A DNA stretch of 61,596 nt, taken from IMG/VR virus record IMGVR_UViG_3300044858_001325, positions 1-61,596 of that record. One strand, 5' to 3'. The translations under genes and the position numbers were made by a program. Below are positions 38,697-46,970 of this stretch, in pieces (positions within the stretch are counted from its first letter, which is position 1; every line of letters begins with the position of its first letter). Under the pieces are notes generated by a model. The model was not told the DNA's origin. It saw only the letters and a list, made by a program, of their open reading frames with translations, and searched no databases. Source of the DNA: a virus (lineage: Duplodnaviria; Caudoviricetes).

Positions 38697-39406
38697 CCGT
38701 TCACAAGAAACTCATGGATGCACGCATCGCGCTGCACGCCATGCCACTGAAGAAGTCGGGGTGGAATGACTTCTCCAAGTATTCCTACTTTGAGCTAGGC
38801 GACTTCCTTCCCGAGACTCTGAAGCTGTTCCACGCATCCAACCTGTGCGGCGTTGTGACCTTTGAGGTGGAGATCGCCAAGCTGACGCTGACGGATCTGG
38901 ATGACGGCACCGAGCTGGTTATCACCAGCCCGATGGCCGAGGCCGCGCTCAAGGGTGCGCACGCCATTCAGAACCTGGGTGCGGTGCAGACCTACATGCG
39001 CCGCTACCTTTGGGTCACTGCGATGGAGATCGTTGAGAACGACTACCTTGATCACGTCCACAACAAGAACGCACCAGCACCTTCTCCCAGGGCGCCCAAG
39101 CCTGCGGATCCGCCTGCGCCTCGCTCAGTGGCACCCAGGCCACCGGCCACCATAACGGGCCAAGAAGGCGCTTGGCAACTGAAGGTGACCTTGGAGCACG
39201 GGGGTGACATTCAGAACTGGCTGGGCGTGATTGATGACGCCTGCAAGCTGGCGCTTGAGATGGCGCAGAGCGAAGCGGACGTGATGGCAATCTTCAAGAA
39301 GAACAAGCAACTGTTCGATGAAGTCAAAAAGCAAGACGCCGATTTCTTCAGGGGCCTGATGGCCAAATTCACAGCGGCCAAGAGCCAATTCACGGAGGCA
39401 GCATGA
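38693..39406 (+). CDS. ERF-family ssDNA annealing protein
   Basis: KSGWNDFSKYSYFEL, QNLGAVQTYMRRY. Confidence 0.85.
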   Translation: MTVHKKLMDARIALHAMPLKKSGWNDFSKYSYFELGDFLPETLKLFHASNLCGVVTFEVEIAKLTLTDLDDGTELVITSPMAEAALKGAHAIQNLGAVQTYMRRYLWVTAMEIVENDYLDHVHNKNAPAPSPRAPKPADPPAPRSVAPRPPATITGQEGAWQLKVTLEHGGDIQNWLGVIDDACKLALEMAQSEADVMAIFKKNKQLFDEVKKQDADFFRGLMAKFTAAKSQFTEAA

Positions 39407-39747
39407 GCAATTTTGTACCGAAACCCAACACTGGGACGTTGTGGCCGAACGACCGCAAAACATCGGCCAACCAGCCTGACATGCGCGGTGATCTGGCGCT
39501 TGACCGCACATTCCTGCAAGACATGATTGACAAGTCCGAGGGTGATCTGGTGAAGATTCAGATCTCCGCATGGGACAAGGTGATCTCTGGCAAGAACTGC
39601 CTGTCTATGAGTGCATCGGCGCCCTATGTAAAGCCTGATGCCCAGTCTGGCGGCCAGCAAGCAGGCGGCTATCAGCGGCCCGGCGCCAGACAGCAACCCG
39701 CGCCAGCTCCTGAGCGAGATGTTCCCGATGAAGACATTCCTTTTTGA
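39403..39747 (+). CDS. Single-stranded DNA-binding protein-like
   Basis: QPDMRG...ISAW; acidic DEDIPF tail. Confidence 0.75.
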   Translation: MSNFVPKPNTGTLWPNDRKTSANQPDMRGDLALDRTFLQDMIDKSEGDLVKIQISAWDKVISGKNCLSMSASAPYVKPDAQSGGQQAGGYQRPGARQQPAPAPERDVPDEDIPF

Positions 39748-39762
39748 CGTGAGGAGAACACT

Positions 39763-39927
39763 ATGAACTGGGGTGGCATTGCATTTGTGGTGTGGATCAT
39801 CGCGGCGTGGTTCACGCATATCGTCGTCTGCCTCTCAACGGCGGCATGGGGCTTCCTGATTGCAGGGGCCCTGCTGTTTCCGATTGCATGGGTGCATGGC
39901 ACGGGCATCTGGTTTGGGTGGTGGTGA
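39763..39927 (+). CDS. 54-aa Trp-rich membrane protein, absent from the ORF track
   Basis: GAGGAG RBS; two TM helices. Confidence 0.7.
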   Translation: MNWGGIAFVVWIIAAWFTHIVVCLSTAAWGFLIAGALLFPIAWVHGTGIWFGWW

Positions 39928-40349
39928 TGAAGACCTCCCAATTTGAAGCCGTCAAGGTTGCGCTCAAGCAGGACAAGACAGGCTACGTCCTGACCTTGTG
40001 CCTGCACCCGGACGAGATCCCGGAGGAGCTGCTGCGCGACTATGTGGGCGCCCGGTATCAGGTGGTGATGGTGAGGCTGGACGGACACGAACAGCCTATG
40101 GATCGGCAGGAGGAGTTTGCCGGTGACCGTGCCATGAAGATTGCCGGGGCCCTCTGCCGCGATGAGCGGTTCTGGGTTTACCTGCATGACGACAACCAGA
40201 TCATCGAGCCCAATGAGCTGGAGGCCGTTGAGTGGCTGCGCGAGTACCTTGGGGTGTCTTCGCGCGCCGACCTCAAAACCAATCACGAGGCCAGGATCCG
40301 CCTGGAGTCAATCAACATGGAGTTCACGAAATGGAAGCAAGGAAACTGA
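39927..40349 (+). CDS. Hypothetical protein
   Basis: TGATG coupling; MKTSQFEAVKVALKQ start. Confidence 0.7.
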   Translation: MKTSQFEAVKVALKQDKTGYVLTLCLHPDEIPEELLRDYVGARYQVVMVRLDGHEQPMDRQEEFAGDRAMKIAGALCRDERFWVYLHDDNQIIEPNELEAVEWLREYLGVSSRADLKTNHEARIRLESINMEFTKWKQGN

Positions 40350-40612
40350 TCCCATATTCGGTGTACCTCCCTCCTGAGTATCACGCGAAGCTCAAGGAAG
40401 TGGCCAAGGAACGAAAAGCCTCGGCCATGATCCGCGATGCAATCCTGATGATCTTGGATGGGACGGACGCCTACAAGGGTGGGTACAACAAGGGCGTGCG
40501 AGACAGCGCGCAAGTGGTCTATGAATGCGATGAGGCCCAAATGGTGGCGGTCAAGGGCCGCGACCTTGGCGCCATTCTGACTGAGCGAATCAAAGAATTG
40601 GAGATGCGATGA
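40331..40612 (+). CDS. Ribbon-helix-helix-like DNA-binding protein
   Basis: YSVYLP..HAKLKEVA..SAMIRDAI. Confidence 0.55.
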   Translation: MEARKLIPYSVYLPPEYHAKLKEVAKERKASAMIRDAILMILDGTDAYKGGYNKGVRDSAQVVYECDEAQMVAVKGRDLGAILTERIKELEMR

Positions 40613-41280
40613 CGGATGCAATCGTAGGGGTAACAGGTGTTACCGCCGTTGGCGGAACCAACGACGAGTACGAGTTCACAACCAACTGGTTTGAGTACGG
40701 CGCCTTGATTTGGAGCAACATCATTGAGCACCTTCCGAAGCCCACGAGGCCGAGGAGGTTCATGGAGATCGGGTCTTTTGAGGGCCGCAGCGCCGTCTGG
40801 ATGATCGAGAACATGATGAAGCCGGGCGACAGCCTGTACTGTGTGGACACTTGGGAGGGAGGGGCCGAGCACAAGAAGATTGACATGGAGGCCGTCGAGA
40901 GGCGGTTCGACAAGAACATCCAGACCGCCTTGGCCAAGACGGGGCTGAAAGCTGGCGACATTCACAAGATCAAGGGTTCATCGCTGTACACCTTGGCGCA
41001 CCAGCTCCGCTGGCTGCCCACACCGTCCCAGCGGTTTGACTTCATCTACATCGATGGCAGTCACGAGGCGCCGGATGTGCTGACAGATGCGGTGCTGGCG
41101 TGGCCTCTGCTGCACTACGGCGGGATCATGGTGTTTGATGACTACCTGTGGGGCGACCCCAGGCTGCCGCTTGGCCGACCCAAGATTGCAATTGATGCCT
41201 TTATGAACATCTTTGGCGGTGAGATCAACGTGATGCACATCAGCTATCAGGTTGTCATCAAGAAGACGAGGTTGCCATGA
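40609..41280 (+). CDS. Class I SAM methyltransferase (Methyltransf_24-like)
   Basis: MEIGSFEGRS, CVDTW, FDFIYIDGSH, GGIMVFDDY. Confidence 0.9.
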   Translation: MTDAIVGVTGVTAVGGTNDEYEFTTNWFEYGALIWSNIIEHLPKPTRPRRFMEIGSFEGRSAVWMIENMMKPGDSLYCVDTWEGGAEHKKIDMEAVERRFDKNIQTALAKTGLKAGDIHKIKGSSLYTLAHQLRWLPTPSQRFDFIYIDGSHEAPDVLTDAVLAWPLLHYGGIMVFDDYLWGDPRLPLGRPKIAIDAFMNIFGGEINVMHISYQVVIKKTRLP

Positions 41281-41471
41281 ATGACGCGCTGAAACATGAA
41301 ATCATTGACCTGACGGTAGAGGCTGTAGAAAAGGCTTACAAGATGGGCCTGACAGCCGGAGTCAAGGCCGAAAGAGAGGCTTGTGCGAAGGTGGCCGACA
41401 AGTGGAGCAAACGTGACGATGACGTTGGTGCATTTATAGGCAGAGCCATCCGAGCAAGGGGGCAAGCATGA
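41277..41471 (+). CDS. Small EREACA-motif protein
   Basis: AEREACAKV...AIRARG. Confidence 0.7.
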   Translation: MNDALKHEIIDLTVEAVEKAYKMGLTAGVKAEREACAKVADKWSKRDDDVGAFIGRAIRARGQA

Positions 41472-41614
41472 AGAAAATTCTTTGCTGGATTTTTGGACAC
41501 CGCAACACCATCAGTTGCGTGGCCGATGGGCAAGTTACGCACGACAGGTGCGAACGATGCGGCGCTGATCTACCCATCGCGTACCCCCACCATCAATCAA
41601 GGGGGCAGTCATGA
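41468..41614 (+). CDS. 48-aa Cys/His protein, absent from the ORF track
   Basis: MKKILCWIFGH...CERCG; ATGA overlaps at both ends. Confidence 0.65.
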   Translation: MKKILCWIFGHRNTISCVADGQVTHDRCERCGADLPIAYPHHQSRGQS

Positions 41615-41832
41615 TCCGTCTGACCTACACGCACATCTGCGACCTGTGCAAGAAGCACATTGACGAAGAAAAATTTGAATGCGCCAACTACCTGCTTGGC
41701 GAGTTCCCACGACCAAAAAACCACTACACCTATCAGATCGGTTACACGGCTGAAATGTGTAATGACTGCGCTGCGCCCATCATACAGGCCCGTTACGAGG
41801 TGATAGAGAAGTGGAAAAAGGAGCAAGCATGA
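41611..41832 (+). CDS. Small Zn-finger protein
   Basis: CDLC...CNDC. Confidence 0.7.
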   Translation: MIRLTYTHICDLCKKHIDEEKFECANYLLGEFPRPKNHYTYQIGYTAEMCNDCAAPIIQARYEVIEKWKKEQA

Positions 41833-42107
41833 AAGAAGACATCATCCGCATGGCGCGTGAGGCTGGGTGGCACGATGAACTTTTGTCGGTGTCATTCACG
41901 ATGCCTTTGCTTGAACGCCTTGTCACCATCGCCGAAGACGCGATGGTAAAAAGAATGCACGCTGAAGGCTTTGTCACCGTCGGCCACATGCGCCAGCAGA
42001 TCGCAGCCGAGCGCGAGGCGTGTGCGGAGGTGTGTGACAGCGAAGCCACGATTGAGGGCATAGCGCAGAGATGCGCCGCCGCCATCAGAACAAGGGGGCA
42101 GGTATGA
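41829..42107 (+). CDS. EREACA-motif protein
   Basis: DIIRMAREAG...AEREACA..CAAAIR. Confidence 0.7.
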   Translation: MKEDIIRMAREAGWHDELLSVSFTMPLLERLVTIAEDAMVKRMHAEGFVTVGHMRQQIAAEREACAEVCDSEATIEGIAQRCAAAIRTRGQV

Positions 42108-42376
42108 GCGAGTTCGATGTCAGGGTCTGTGGAATACCTTGCGTCGTGCGCGTCATCCATTGGGAGCGGCACGTCCCTGCTCGCATCTCTGGGCCACCGG
42201 AGAACTGCTACCCCGCCGAGGGTGGATACGGCGACTACGAGCTGCTGGACAGGCGTGGGCGCCCGGCCAAATGGCTTGAGCGCAAGATGACCGACAGGGA
42301 TAGGAACGAACTGGACGAGGCCGTCTTCAACCTCATGGAGAGTGGCGATGATTCCTTTGATGACTGGGAGAGATAA
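42104..42376 (+). CDS. Hypothetical protein
   Basis: GIPC...LDRRGRPAKWLERK; ATGA overlap. Confidence 0.7.
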   Translation: MSEFDVRVCGIPCVVRVIHWERHVPARISGPPENCYPAEGGYGDYELLDRRGRPAKWLERKMTDRDRNELDEAVFNLMESGDDSFDDWER

Positions 42377-42565
42377 ATGACTGAGCTTGAAGATCTGCGC
42401 CTCCAGTTGGAGCGCGAACGTGAATTGCGCAAGCGCATCTGCCGCGAGATTTACGAGGTTTGGGCTGGCAGCGATGGCATCCCTGCGCCTCAATCGCCAT
42501 CTGAGGGGTATCTCATGAAGCTGTTGGATGACGTTAGAGACATTGCCAAAGGAGGGTTGCAATGA
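42377..42565 (+). CDS. Hypothetical protein
   Basis: Contiguous operon packing. Confidence 0.6.
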   Translation: MTELEDLRLQLERERELRKRICREIYEVWAGSDGIPAPQSPSEGYLMKLLDDVRDIAKGGLQ

Positions 42566-43194
42566 GCTACATCGTGGCATCTTTGCCGCCCTTGAAGTGC
42601 TTTGTTAAGCGAGAGTTTTTGTACAACCACACCAAGGGTCATGGCGAGTTTGAGCCTGCAATTTGGGTCAGCATCAAAGCACTGCGCGGCCAAGTGTTCC
42701 GCATTGAGTCGCTGCTGCCGAACTATGGCGCGCTGTACGACAAGCTGCCGATCAGCGCCTACGTTTGGAAAGAAGGACATGGCGACTTGCCTATCGACAC
42801 GCTGCAACTGTGGGACTGCATGGGCTACCGCTTTACCGTGTGTGAGAAGATCGGCTTGCGTAATCTTGGTGTGAAGTTTTTAGGCAAGGACAAGCAGTGG
42901 CACCACGGGCACTATCTGTTTACGGTGGACTTCTGCGCTGACGGCATGGATGTAGACACCGGGTTTACCGAGCAAGCCGAGGAGCACAAGTCTTTCAACT
43001 TCATCAAATTAGAAAACGGTCAGTTTGCCTGCCAGCCCAACAACCGATGTCTGTGGTACGACCAAAGCCTGATTCCATCCGAGGTCAAGTTCCCCGACTT
43101 CCAAGCCGCCAAAACTTTTTGGACTGTTGACGGCACGCGCAAGTGGTCTGCGGGTGACGATTGGTTTTACGACATAAAGGAGAAGAACACATGA
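42562..43194 (+). CDS. Conserved hypothetical phage protein
   Basis: LQLWDC, YLFTVD, EHKSFN, QPNNR motifs. Confidence 0.75.
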   Translation: MSYIVASLPPLKCFVKREFLYNHTKGHGEFEPAIWVSIKALRGQVFRIESLLPNYGALYDKLPISAYVWKEGHGDLPIDTLQLWDCMGYRFTVCEKIGLRNLGVKFLGKDKQWHHGHYLFTVDFCADGMDVDTGFTEQAEEHKSFNFIKLENGQFACQPNNRCLWYDQSLIPSEVKFPDFQAAKTFWTVDGTRKWSAGDDWFYDIKEKNT

Positions 43195-43892
43195 CAACAC
43201 ACATCACGAAGACATGGTTCGACGGCGAGAAGGTGATAACGCAGGAAATCCCTGAGTCTAAGGTTTACGAGCAGAAGCCGTTGGCGTGGGCAGATGAAAT
43301 CATTGACGACCTAAACGCCTTATTCGACAGCGAAATGATTAGAGAGAACGACTCCGGCGATGCGCTTATCCGGTTAGATGCCGCTATCTGTGCGGTGGAA
43401 GAAGCTGAACAAAGGCACACCACCCCACCCGCAGCACAGCCAGCACCTGTGCAGGAGCCTGTGGCGTGGCCTTGTTTAATTGAAGAAGCTGATTTCTCGC
43501 AAAACACGGTGACATTAGCCATGCAATGTGAAGATTACAAAGTTTCTGCTGGAAAACATTGGCTATACACCACCCCACCCGCAGCACAGCAGGAGCCTGA
43601 CGCCTACGGCTATGCAAAATGCCTTGCTGTCGCAATATGGGATCAGCACTACAAGGATGTAGCGCCGCAGTGGAAGCCGTTTGACAATCTGATGGGCGTA
43701 CTCACGCAGATCGACAACATGACCGCAGGACTGACCGCCCAGAACCAGCGCCAGCCGCTGACGGATGATCGGATCGGCCAGATCATCGAGCAGTGCAAAA
43801 TCACTTTGGTCAACTATTGCAGTGGCGAAAAGCAAACCGAGTTTGCCCGCGCCATCGAAGCCGCGCACGGCATAAAGGAGAAGAACACATGA
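43191..43892 (+). CDS. Mosaic hypothetical protein (QEPVAW / LYTTPP / AIEAAHGI modules)
   Basis: Flanked by a 22-bp direct repeat; internal repeat. Confidence 0.7.
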   Translation: MTTHITKTWFDGEKVITQEIPESKVYEQKPLAWADEIIDDLNALFDSEMIRENDSGDALIRLDAAICAVEEAEQRHTTPPAAQPAPVQEPVAWPCLIEEADFSQNTVTLAMQCEDYKVSAGKHWLYTTPPAAQQEPDAYGYAKCLAVAIWDQHYKDVAPQWKPFDNLMGVLTQIDNMTAGLTAQNQRQPLTDDRIGQIIEQCKITLVNYCSGEKQTEFARAIEAAHGIKEKNT

Positions 43893-44110
43893 GCAACGAA
43901 TTCGCTTTCCCACACACCACCGAGCACCTGCACCAGCCGGTGACGGCAGGGATGACGCTCAGGGACTACTTCGCGGCCAAGGCGATGCAAACCCTGTTGG
44001 GCAGCGAATACACCAGTAAACACGGACTGCATGAGGGGTGGATGGTTGCGCTTGCTCATGAGTCCTACATGGTGGCCGATGCCATGTTGAAGGCGAGGGG
44101 CCGGGCCTGA
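43889..44110 (+). CDS. Small GMTLRDYFAAKAM-family protein
   Basis: Common phage motif ending ADAMLKAR. Confidence 0.75.
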   Translation: MSNEFAFPHTTEHLHQPVTAGMTLRDYFAAKAMQTLLGSEYTSKHGLHEGWMVALAHESYMVADAMLKARGRA

Positions 44111-44376
44111 TGCTTAGCAAAAATCTCTCGGCCAAGGACAGGCAACATCTGGCCAAGGTGAAAGAGCTTCCTTGCGGGGTATGTGGCCGAGCTGGGCCGT
44201 CGGATGCGCATCACATCGAGCAGGGACTGCACCACCTGTGCATACCCTTGTGCAAAGACTGCCACCAAGGCAGCCACAACGGGCTCCACGGGCGCCGGGC
44301 CATTTGGAACGTCATGAAGAAGACCGAGCTGTCGGTGCTCAACGACACGATCAAGCGGCTCACCCAGCCCGATTGA
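44110..44376 (+). CDS. Ref/DUF968-like HNH-Zn protein
   Basis: CGVC, AHH, IPLCKDCH. Confidence 0.7.
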   Translation: MLSKNLSAKDRQHLAKVKELPCGVCGRAGPSDAHHIEQGLHHLCIPLCKDCHQGSHNGLHGRRAIWNVMKKTELSVLNDTIKRLTQPD

Positions 44377-44402
44377 CGGGGCCGAAATGCCTGGGCCATA
44401 AT
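44373..44402 (+). promoter_or_regulatory. Sigma70-like promoter of the sRNA
   Basis: TTGACG-18-CATAAT. Confidence 0.6.
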
Positions 44403-44405
44403 GCT

Positions 44406-44504
44406 GGTGTCCAAGCCTCCTAGCAGTGGTTCTCGGACAACCGGATGTTCACATCCAACCCCCCCGACCCCTAGGGCATAACTGCTCTGGGGGTCTTTCT
44501 TTTT
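44406..44504 (+). ncRNA. Candidate trans-antisense sRNA (~100 nt)
   Basis: Own promoter and terminator, no ORF, anti-SD loop CTCCTAGCAGTGGTT. Confidence 0.6.
44466..44504 (+). terminator. Rho-independent terminator
   Basis: 13-bp stem GACCCCTAGGGCA/TGCTCTGGGGGTC followed by TTTCTTTTT. Confidence 0.85.
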
Positions 44505-44580
44505 GCACGGCAATCACATAAAATTCATGTGCCTGTACTCACAGGCATTCATGTGAACAATCCTAAAATGAAAGACTGCT

Positions 44581-44793
44581 ATGGCCATCGCACAACGCAT
44601 CTACATCGTCACGACCAGTGACGGCACTTCCCGCCTCGTGAAGGCATCTTTGCGCCAGCAGGCGCTCTCCCACGTCGCCAACACGCTGTTCACCGTTCGG
44701 GTGGCCAGCCAGGACGATTTGGTGAAGGCGCTGACCTCTGGTGCGACCGTCGAGAACTACAAGGACGCCGACCAGATGGAGATCCAGGGGTAA
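44581..44793 (+). CDS. Small conserved phage protein
   Basis: RIYIV...RLVKA...QALSHVA...VASQDDLV. Confidence 0.75.
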   Translation: MAIAQRIYIVTTSDGTSRLVKASLRQQALSHVANTLFTVRVASQDDLVKALTSGATVENYKDADQMEIQG

Positions 44794-44909
44794 CACCTGT
44801 TACCGTCCCCGGTTCGCCGGGGCCAAGACGCATGGGGATTGGATGCCTACCGCAGGCCCGTCTGATCAACGAGAGCAGGGTTGAACTCCCTGCTCCAGTC
44901 CCCAGCCGT

Positions 44910-45022
44910 GTTGGTGTAGCTCAGAATGATCCCCAGCATAAATTGAAACTGGGTAGTCGGCAGACGAATGGGAGAGCGCCCTCGGCAGGGGGAGGTCGCG
45001 GGTTCGATCCCCGTCTCCAACA
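44910..45022 (+). ncRNA. tRNA-like element with expanded D-loop and no canonical anticodon loop
   Basis: TAGCTCAG...AGAGC, AGGTC GCGGG TTCGATC CCCGT, acceptor stem GTTGGTG/CTCCAAC. Confidence 0.6.
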
Positions 45023-45031
45023 ACCTATCAA

Positions 45032-45547
45032 ATGGACACTGAAGACAAGCTGGCATGGTGCGCCGAAGCAGAAAAAGACGAGCAGGAGTTCGTCAGGGTT
45101 CGCCTGCCCCAGCTCCAGATCCGGGGCGTGGTCAACCCCGAGAAGTTCGCAGACCCATTCACCCACGATCTCACCCTGATCATCCAGGCCGACTTGAAGT
45201 CGGTCAGGACGCCGCTGTTCAAGGCCAGTGAGATCTACGGCATCGACCCCCAGTACGCCGTCACCTTCAACGTCAAGGATGCGCTGCGCTACCGGGAGCT
45301 GTACCCCAACATCATCGTGGTGTTTGACGTGCGCTGGGACACCCTGGAGTGGACTGACAAGCACGGCACCACCTATCGCGTCGAGCCCATGCACGCGACC
45401 TTTGCCGGGTTCCTGAGCGACATCCGCCGGGCCATCATGAAGGGTGGCAATCAGGTGCTCAGCTACCAGCGCCGCGTCGATGACAAGGCGGGCAACGCCA
45501 AGCACAGCTACGTCTTTGATGTGCGAGAACTACACCGCCTCGGTTGA
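45032..45547 (+). CDS. Hypothetical protein, possible PD-(D/E)XK nuclease fold
   Basis: HDL...ADLKS pattern; typical codon usage. Confidence 0.6.
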   Translation: MDTEDKLAWCAEAEKDEQEFVRVRLPQLQIRGVVNPEKFADPFTHDLTLIIQADLKSVRTPLFKASEIYGIDPQYAVTFNVKDALRYRELYPNIIVVFDVRWDTLEWTDKHGTTYRVEPMHATFAGFLSDIRRAIMKGGNQVLSYQRRVDDKAGNAKHSYVFDVRELHRLG

Positions 45548-45551
45548 CCAC

Positions 45552-45581
45552 TTGCGCAGTCGCCAAACTTGTGGTTAGAAT
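45552..45581 (+). promoter_or_regulatory. Putative promoter of the replication-operon leader
   Basis: TTGCGC-18-TAGAAT. Confidence 0.5.
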
Positions 45582-45617
45582 GGCGGTGCTAGGACGTGGA
45601 ACTCCGCAGCAGCAGCG

Positions 45618-45706
45618 AAAGCCGTTAAGTCAGATCCCGACCCCGAATGGGGTGCCGTTACCGAAAGGTGGCGGGTTCCACCGGGGTCTGTCTTAACGGC
45701 TTTTTT
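45618..45706 (+). ncRNA. Three-way-junction RNA / attenuator (c4/CI-like architecture)
   Basis: Long closing stem AAAGCCGTTAAG/CTTAACGGCTTT, two inner hairpins, U-tract. Confidence 0.6.
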
Positions 45707-46068
45707 GCTTTCCACACCCAGCCGTACTCCGCACGACAGCAAGAGCCTGCATGGGCTGCGCGGAAGGAAACACACGGCGATCTCGACACCCCGGATCTGC
45801 CGTACCAGCCTGTCAGCGAGGGACTGGTGTAGTCGGTAGGACAAGGGTGGAGTGCCAAGCCTGCCGATGAACGAATCGCTGCCTCCGGGGGACTGGGGTG
45901 GGGTCTGTCACTGACTCCCTGCCTGGGTCATGGGTGGTGATCCACCCCTTGGGGGAACTGGGTGAGCGATGTCATGTGATGACATGGGGGGTAATTCATC
46001 TGCGATATAGAGGGGGTTGGATTGCGCGGGGGTAGGCCGTAAACTGTTCGTCTTTGCTAGGAGAAACA

Positions 46069-46911
46069 ATGAAAAAATTAAATCTCGCGGCCATCAGACT
46101 TGATGGCTCGACACAGGCGCGAATTGCGCTTGATTCATCCCAGGTGACCGAGTACGCCGAGGCCATGCGGGACGGGGACAAGTTCCCACCCATCGTGGTG
46201 TTCCACGACGGCAGCGATTACTGGTTGGCAGATGGGTTTCACCGATACCACGCAACCAAGCAGAACGGCTTCACAAGCATCGAGGCCGAGGTCAAGACGG
46301 GCACGGTGGAGGAGGCGCAGATATATGCTTTCGGTGCCAATGCAAAGCGGGGGCTGTCAACATCACACGAGGACAATCGCAGCATCATCGTCAGGATGCT
46401 GAATCACCCGATCAGCAGCACATGGACAAACGCAGAGATCGCCCGGCATGTGGGCGTATCCAAGATGACGGTAGGCCGCATCAAGGCCAGCCTGGAGCAG
46501 AAGGAAGACTCTCCTCAAGACTCCAAGAAAACTTACCAGCGCAAGGACGGCAAGCAAGTCACCGTCGATACCAAGAAGCTGGTTACCAAGAAGGCCCAAC
46601 CCGAGGCTGAATCCCCAGAACAAGACGAGCGAGATCACAAGATCGGCGAGCTGCTCGACACCATCAATGACCTCAACACTGAGAACCAGCGGCTCAAGGA
46701 CGTGATCGCTGCGCAGCAGTGGGACGCATCGGACATCGAGCGCATCGACATTCACGAAACGCTGGTCGAGTTGCGCGGTCAAATCAAAACCCTGGAGATC
46801 GACAACCACGCGCTGCGCGACAGTCGGGACATGTTCCAAAGCCGCAATGCTGAGCTGATGAAGACGGTCAAGGTCTTGCAGGGGAAACTGAAAAAGCTGG
46901 AAACAGCCTGA
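46069..46911 (+). CDS. ParB/Srx-fold protein with HTH and coiled coil
   Basis: TQAR, PPIVVF, LADGFHR; WTNAEIARHVGVSKMTVGRI HTH. Confidence 0.85.
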   Translation: MKKLNLAAIRLDGSTQARIALDSSQVTEYAEAMRDGDKFPPIVVFHDGSDYWLADGFHRYHATKQNGFTSIEAEVKTGTVEEAQIYAFGANAKRGLSTSHEDNRSIIVRMLNHPISSTWTNAEIARHVGVSKMTVGRIKASLEQKEDSPQDSKKTYQRKDGKQVTVDTKKLVTKKAQPEAESPEQDERDHKIGELLDTINDLNTENQRLKDVIAAQQWDASDIERIDIHETLVELRGQIKTLEIDNHALRDSRDMFQSRNAELMKTVKVLQGKLKKLETA

Positions 46912-46970
46912 GATAGGGCGCGGTCGCCCTGGCCCACGCCGGAGGGATTCCGGTAGATGAAGGAGTGAAC

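Noticed and set aside
44910-45022. Functional tRNA gene or attP-associated tRNA
   Set aside because: No 7-nt anticodon loop, an acceptor mismatch, no CCA and no integrase seen; reported only as tRNA-like.
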